Assembly (NCBI RefSeq): GCF_037042905.1
Contig: NC_087252.1
Coordinates: forward strand, 3,722,001-3,786,000
Source: Lytechinus pictus
Lineage: Eukaryota
Length of the DNA: 64,000 nt
Direction of reading: 5' to 3'
Both the position numbers and the translations under genes were made by a program. Shown here one piece after another: positions 62,016-64,000 of this stretch (position 1 is the first letter of the stretch; each line of letters opens with the position of its first letter). The notes below the pieces were generated by a model. The model made no database searches. It had not been told where the DNA came from and saw nothing but the letters and a program-made list of their open reading frames with translations.

Positions 62016-64000
62016 TTTCCGACAAAGTGTACGGCAGATGTTGAAAATTATTATCCGAGGAGCATTTCATAATCTTTTGTCAACGATTTTCCCTCACTTA
62101 GAAGCAGTGCAAATCATTGATTATTTTTTACATGTAGTTATCCCCTTGTTTCTCCCAAAATACATCATTTTTAAATATGCTAAGAAAAAAAAATAGCAAA
62201 TTTGTTCTGGTCTAAAACAGTAAAAATCTGCAGGGTTTGATTCGTACAAAATATCTGAGAGATTCCTTGAATTATTAGTTTTTTCGATTTTTACTTATTA
62301 ATTAAATCGAAATATAATTCCATGGATAAAATACTTGTACTTTCAGAGGAATCTTGACCTGAATTTTATTTTGGAAAATCTCCTTTTTTGTGGCCCCAAA
62401 TATAATCCAAGATTTTGATTTATTTTTGTTTATAAAATATTTAATCCAAAGTCAAATGTCCTGAAACTTCACAACAATATTCTTCTTAAAGATATCTATC
62501 TTACTAATGATATACAGCGAAATCCGAATGCTTTTTAAAATATATTTCAGAAGTTGAAAATCTCTTAACTGCCCATATGTAAGGTGCACAATATATTGTA
62601 CTCTATTAAGCCCAAGATGTACACTACACATTGAAAGTGGAATTAGGCAGGCCTTGGAGCCGCCTCAACATGTACACATCAGCTTCCTATTTTGTATTGC
62701 CAGACTGGACCGAGTCCACCTCGAAGATGATGAGAGTCTGAGAGTCTCGCAATTACCCCCATGGCAGCTGAACCATTGAACTTCAAATATTTATTGTTAA
62801 AAATCAACGAGAAAAAGTCATCAAGGACATACCCAAGTGATTTTTATATCAGATTTTAAATTTCTGTACATAATTTACAGGAATTGTATAAAGGGATGAA
62901 TAGCTTTGTTGAAAGTAGAAAATTTTGCTACAGAATGAGAGGTTCATGTGCATGTATGCCATATTTCCTAGTGTAAAATCAACAATACCTGAAAATTTTT
63001 AGATGAAATTGAAGTCATTAAATATCTATTTCTGAAAAAAAGTGGCAAATTTCAAGCCTTGTCTTTCATTGATTCGTTGATTGATTCATGTGCATGTAAT
63101 GTACAGTATGTATTTTTACACTTAAAGACACATTAAAATATAACATGATATAAAAGAGTATGAATATAGTCATAAAAGATGCAGGAAAAGTCATTAAAAG
63201 CTAGTTGGATCAGACAACCTAACATAGGGTTAAATATGTTAATGGCCATATACAAACTACAAAGAAACATACAAACCTTGGGATGAGAGTAGACAACAAA
63301 CTCTTGTGTAGGTTAGAGCAGTACCATGTGGTACACACAGAGCTCACTTGTATGCCTGCCAGAAGAATACCGTCCAGACACACATTCTCTTTCAGAAATA
63401 ATTTTTATTGACCACCAAGTCTATGAAGTTCAGGCCATTCCTTTCTGACTTATTAATTCCAATGAGAGGGACAGTGGTTTTCTGTTACCAGTTAATGAAA
63501 AATGGACAATCTACTTATCCTCCATGTCAAAATTCATTGAATACCCAGTATACCTTAATACAAAACAAAATTACAAAACAGACTTTCCACTTTAGATCGA
63601 GTTTGGAACAGAACTACAAATTTCGGAAATGGAAAAGACAGTTTTTGTTTAAACAGAAAATCACTATCCCTACAATAGACTTGAAATTCATCCTGAATTT
63701 GAATCCTGAACAGAATAATTAAAGTGAATTTATAAAAATAAAAAATCCAAATCTGGAACTAGTTTTGCCGAGGTTGATTCTGTTGGGACACATGAATCTT
63801 TTCAACTTTAATTGAAGTGGTATATAACATACACATGTATGTCCTGCATAATCTGGTTATATAAATGATTTTTGCGAATACTCGAGTTACGGAGTTGCGA
63901 AAGTCAACATATTCAAGTTGACCTACATTGTTAAAAGGGAAAGAAAATCAAGAACCATGGGGGAAAATTAAATCATACAAAATTTGCCGAAGGTTTATTT

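Larger units (their letters stand above)
48760..62790 (+). repeat. Tandem segmental triplication (period about 5.2-5.4 kb) of the a-b-c exon triplet plus spacer
   Basis: c-exon acceptors at 50469, 55661 and 61027. Spacers 51460-54050, 56640-59640 and 62015-62790 align with each other. Confidence 0.9.

Overview
AT-rich, repeat-dense animal genomic DNA. The intronless LRR receptor gene, poly-G/C MITEs and tRNA-SINEs suggest an echinoderm, probably a sea urchin (inference). At the left edge is the 5' half of an intronless LRR receptor gene (probable Toll-like receptor, minus strand, absent from the ORF track). The rest holds two paralogous, spliced C2H2 zinc-finger genes on the + strand. Each has constant 5' exons (basic patch, a beta-alpha-alpha ribbon-helix-helix-like module, acidic region with psi-K-x-E motifs) ending in the same phase-1 donor (CAAG|GTTTGT). 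That donor is followed by a tandem array of stop-terminated 3' exons, almost all opening with a conserved phase-1 acceptor (usually TACTCAG|GTGG) and each encoding a different zinc-finger array. Gene A has 2 such exons. Gene B has 9 in the window (6 intact, 3 defective), arranged as three copies of an a-b-c triplet. This is a lola/mod(mdg4)-like constant-plus-variable architecture without a BTB domain, and paralogous exons differ mainly at DNA-contact residues. All splice models were derived by eye from GT-AG signals and frame arithmetic and have no transcript support. Introns and spacers contain many LINE remnants, SINEs and non-autonomous DNA transposons.
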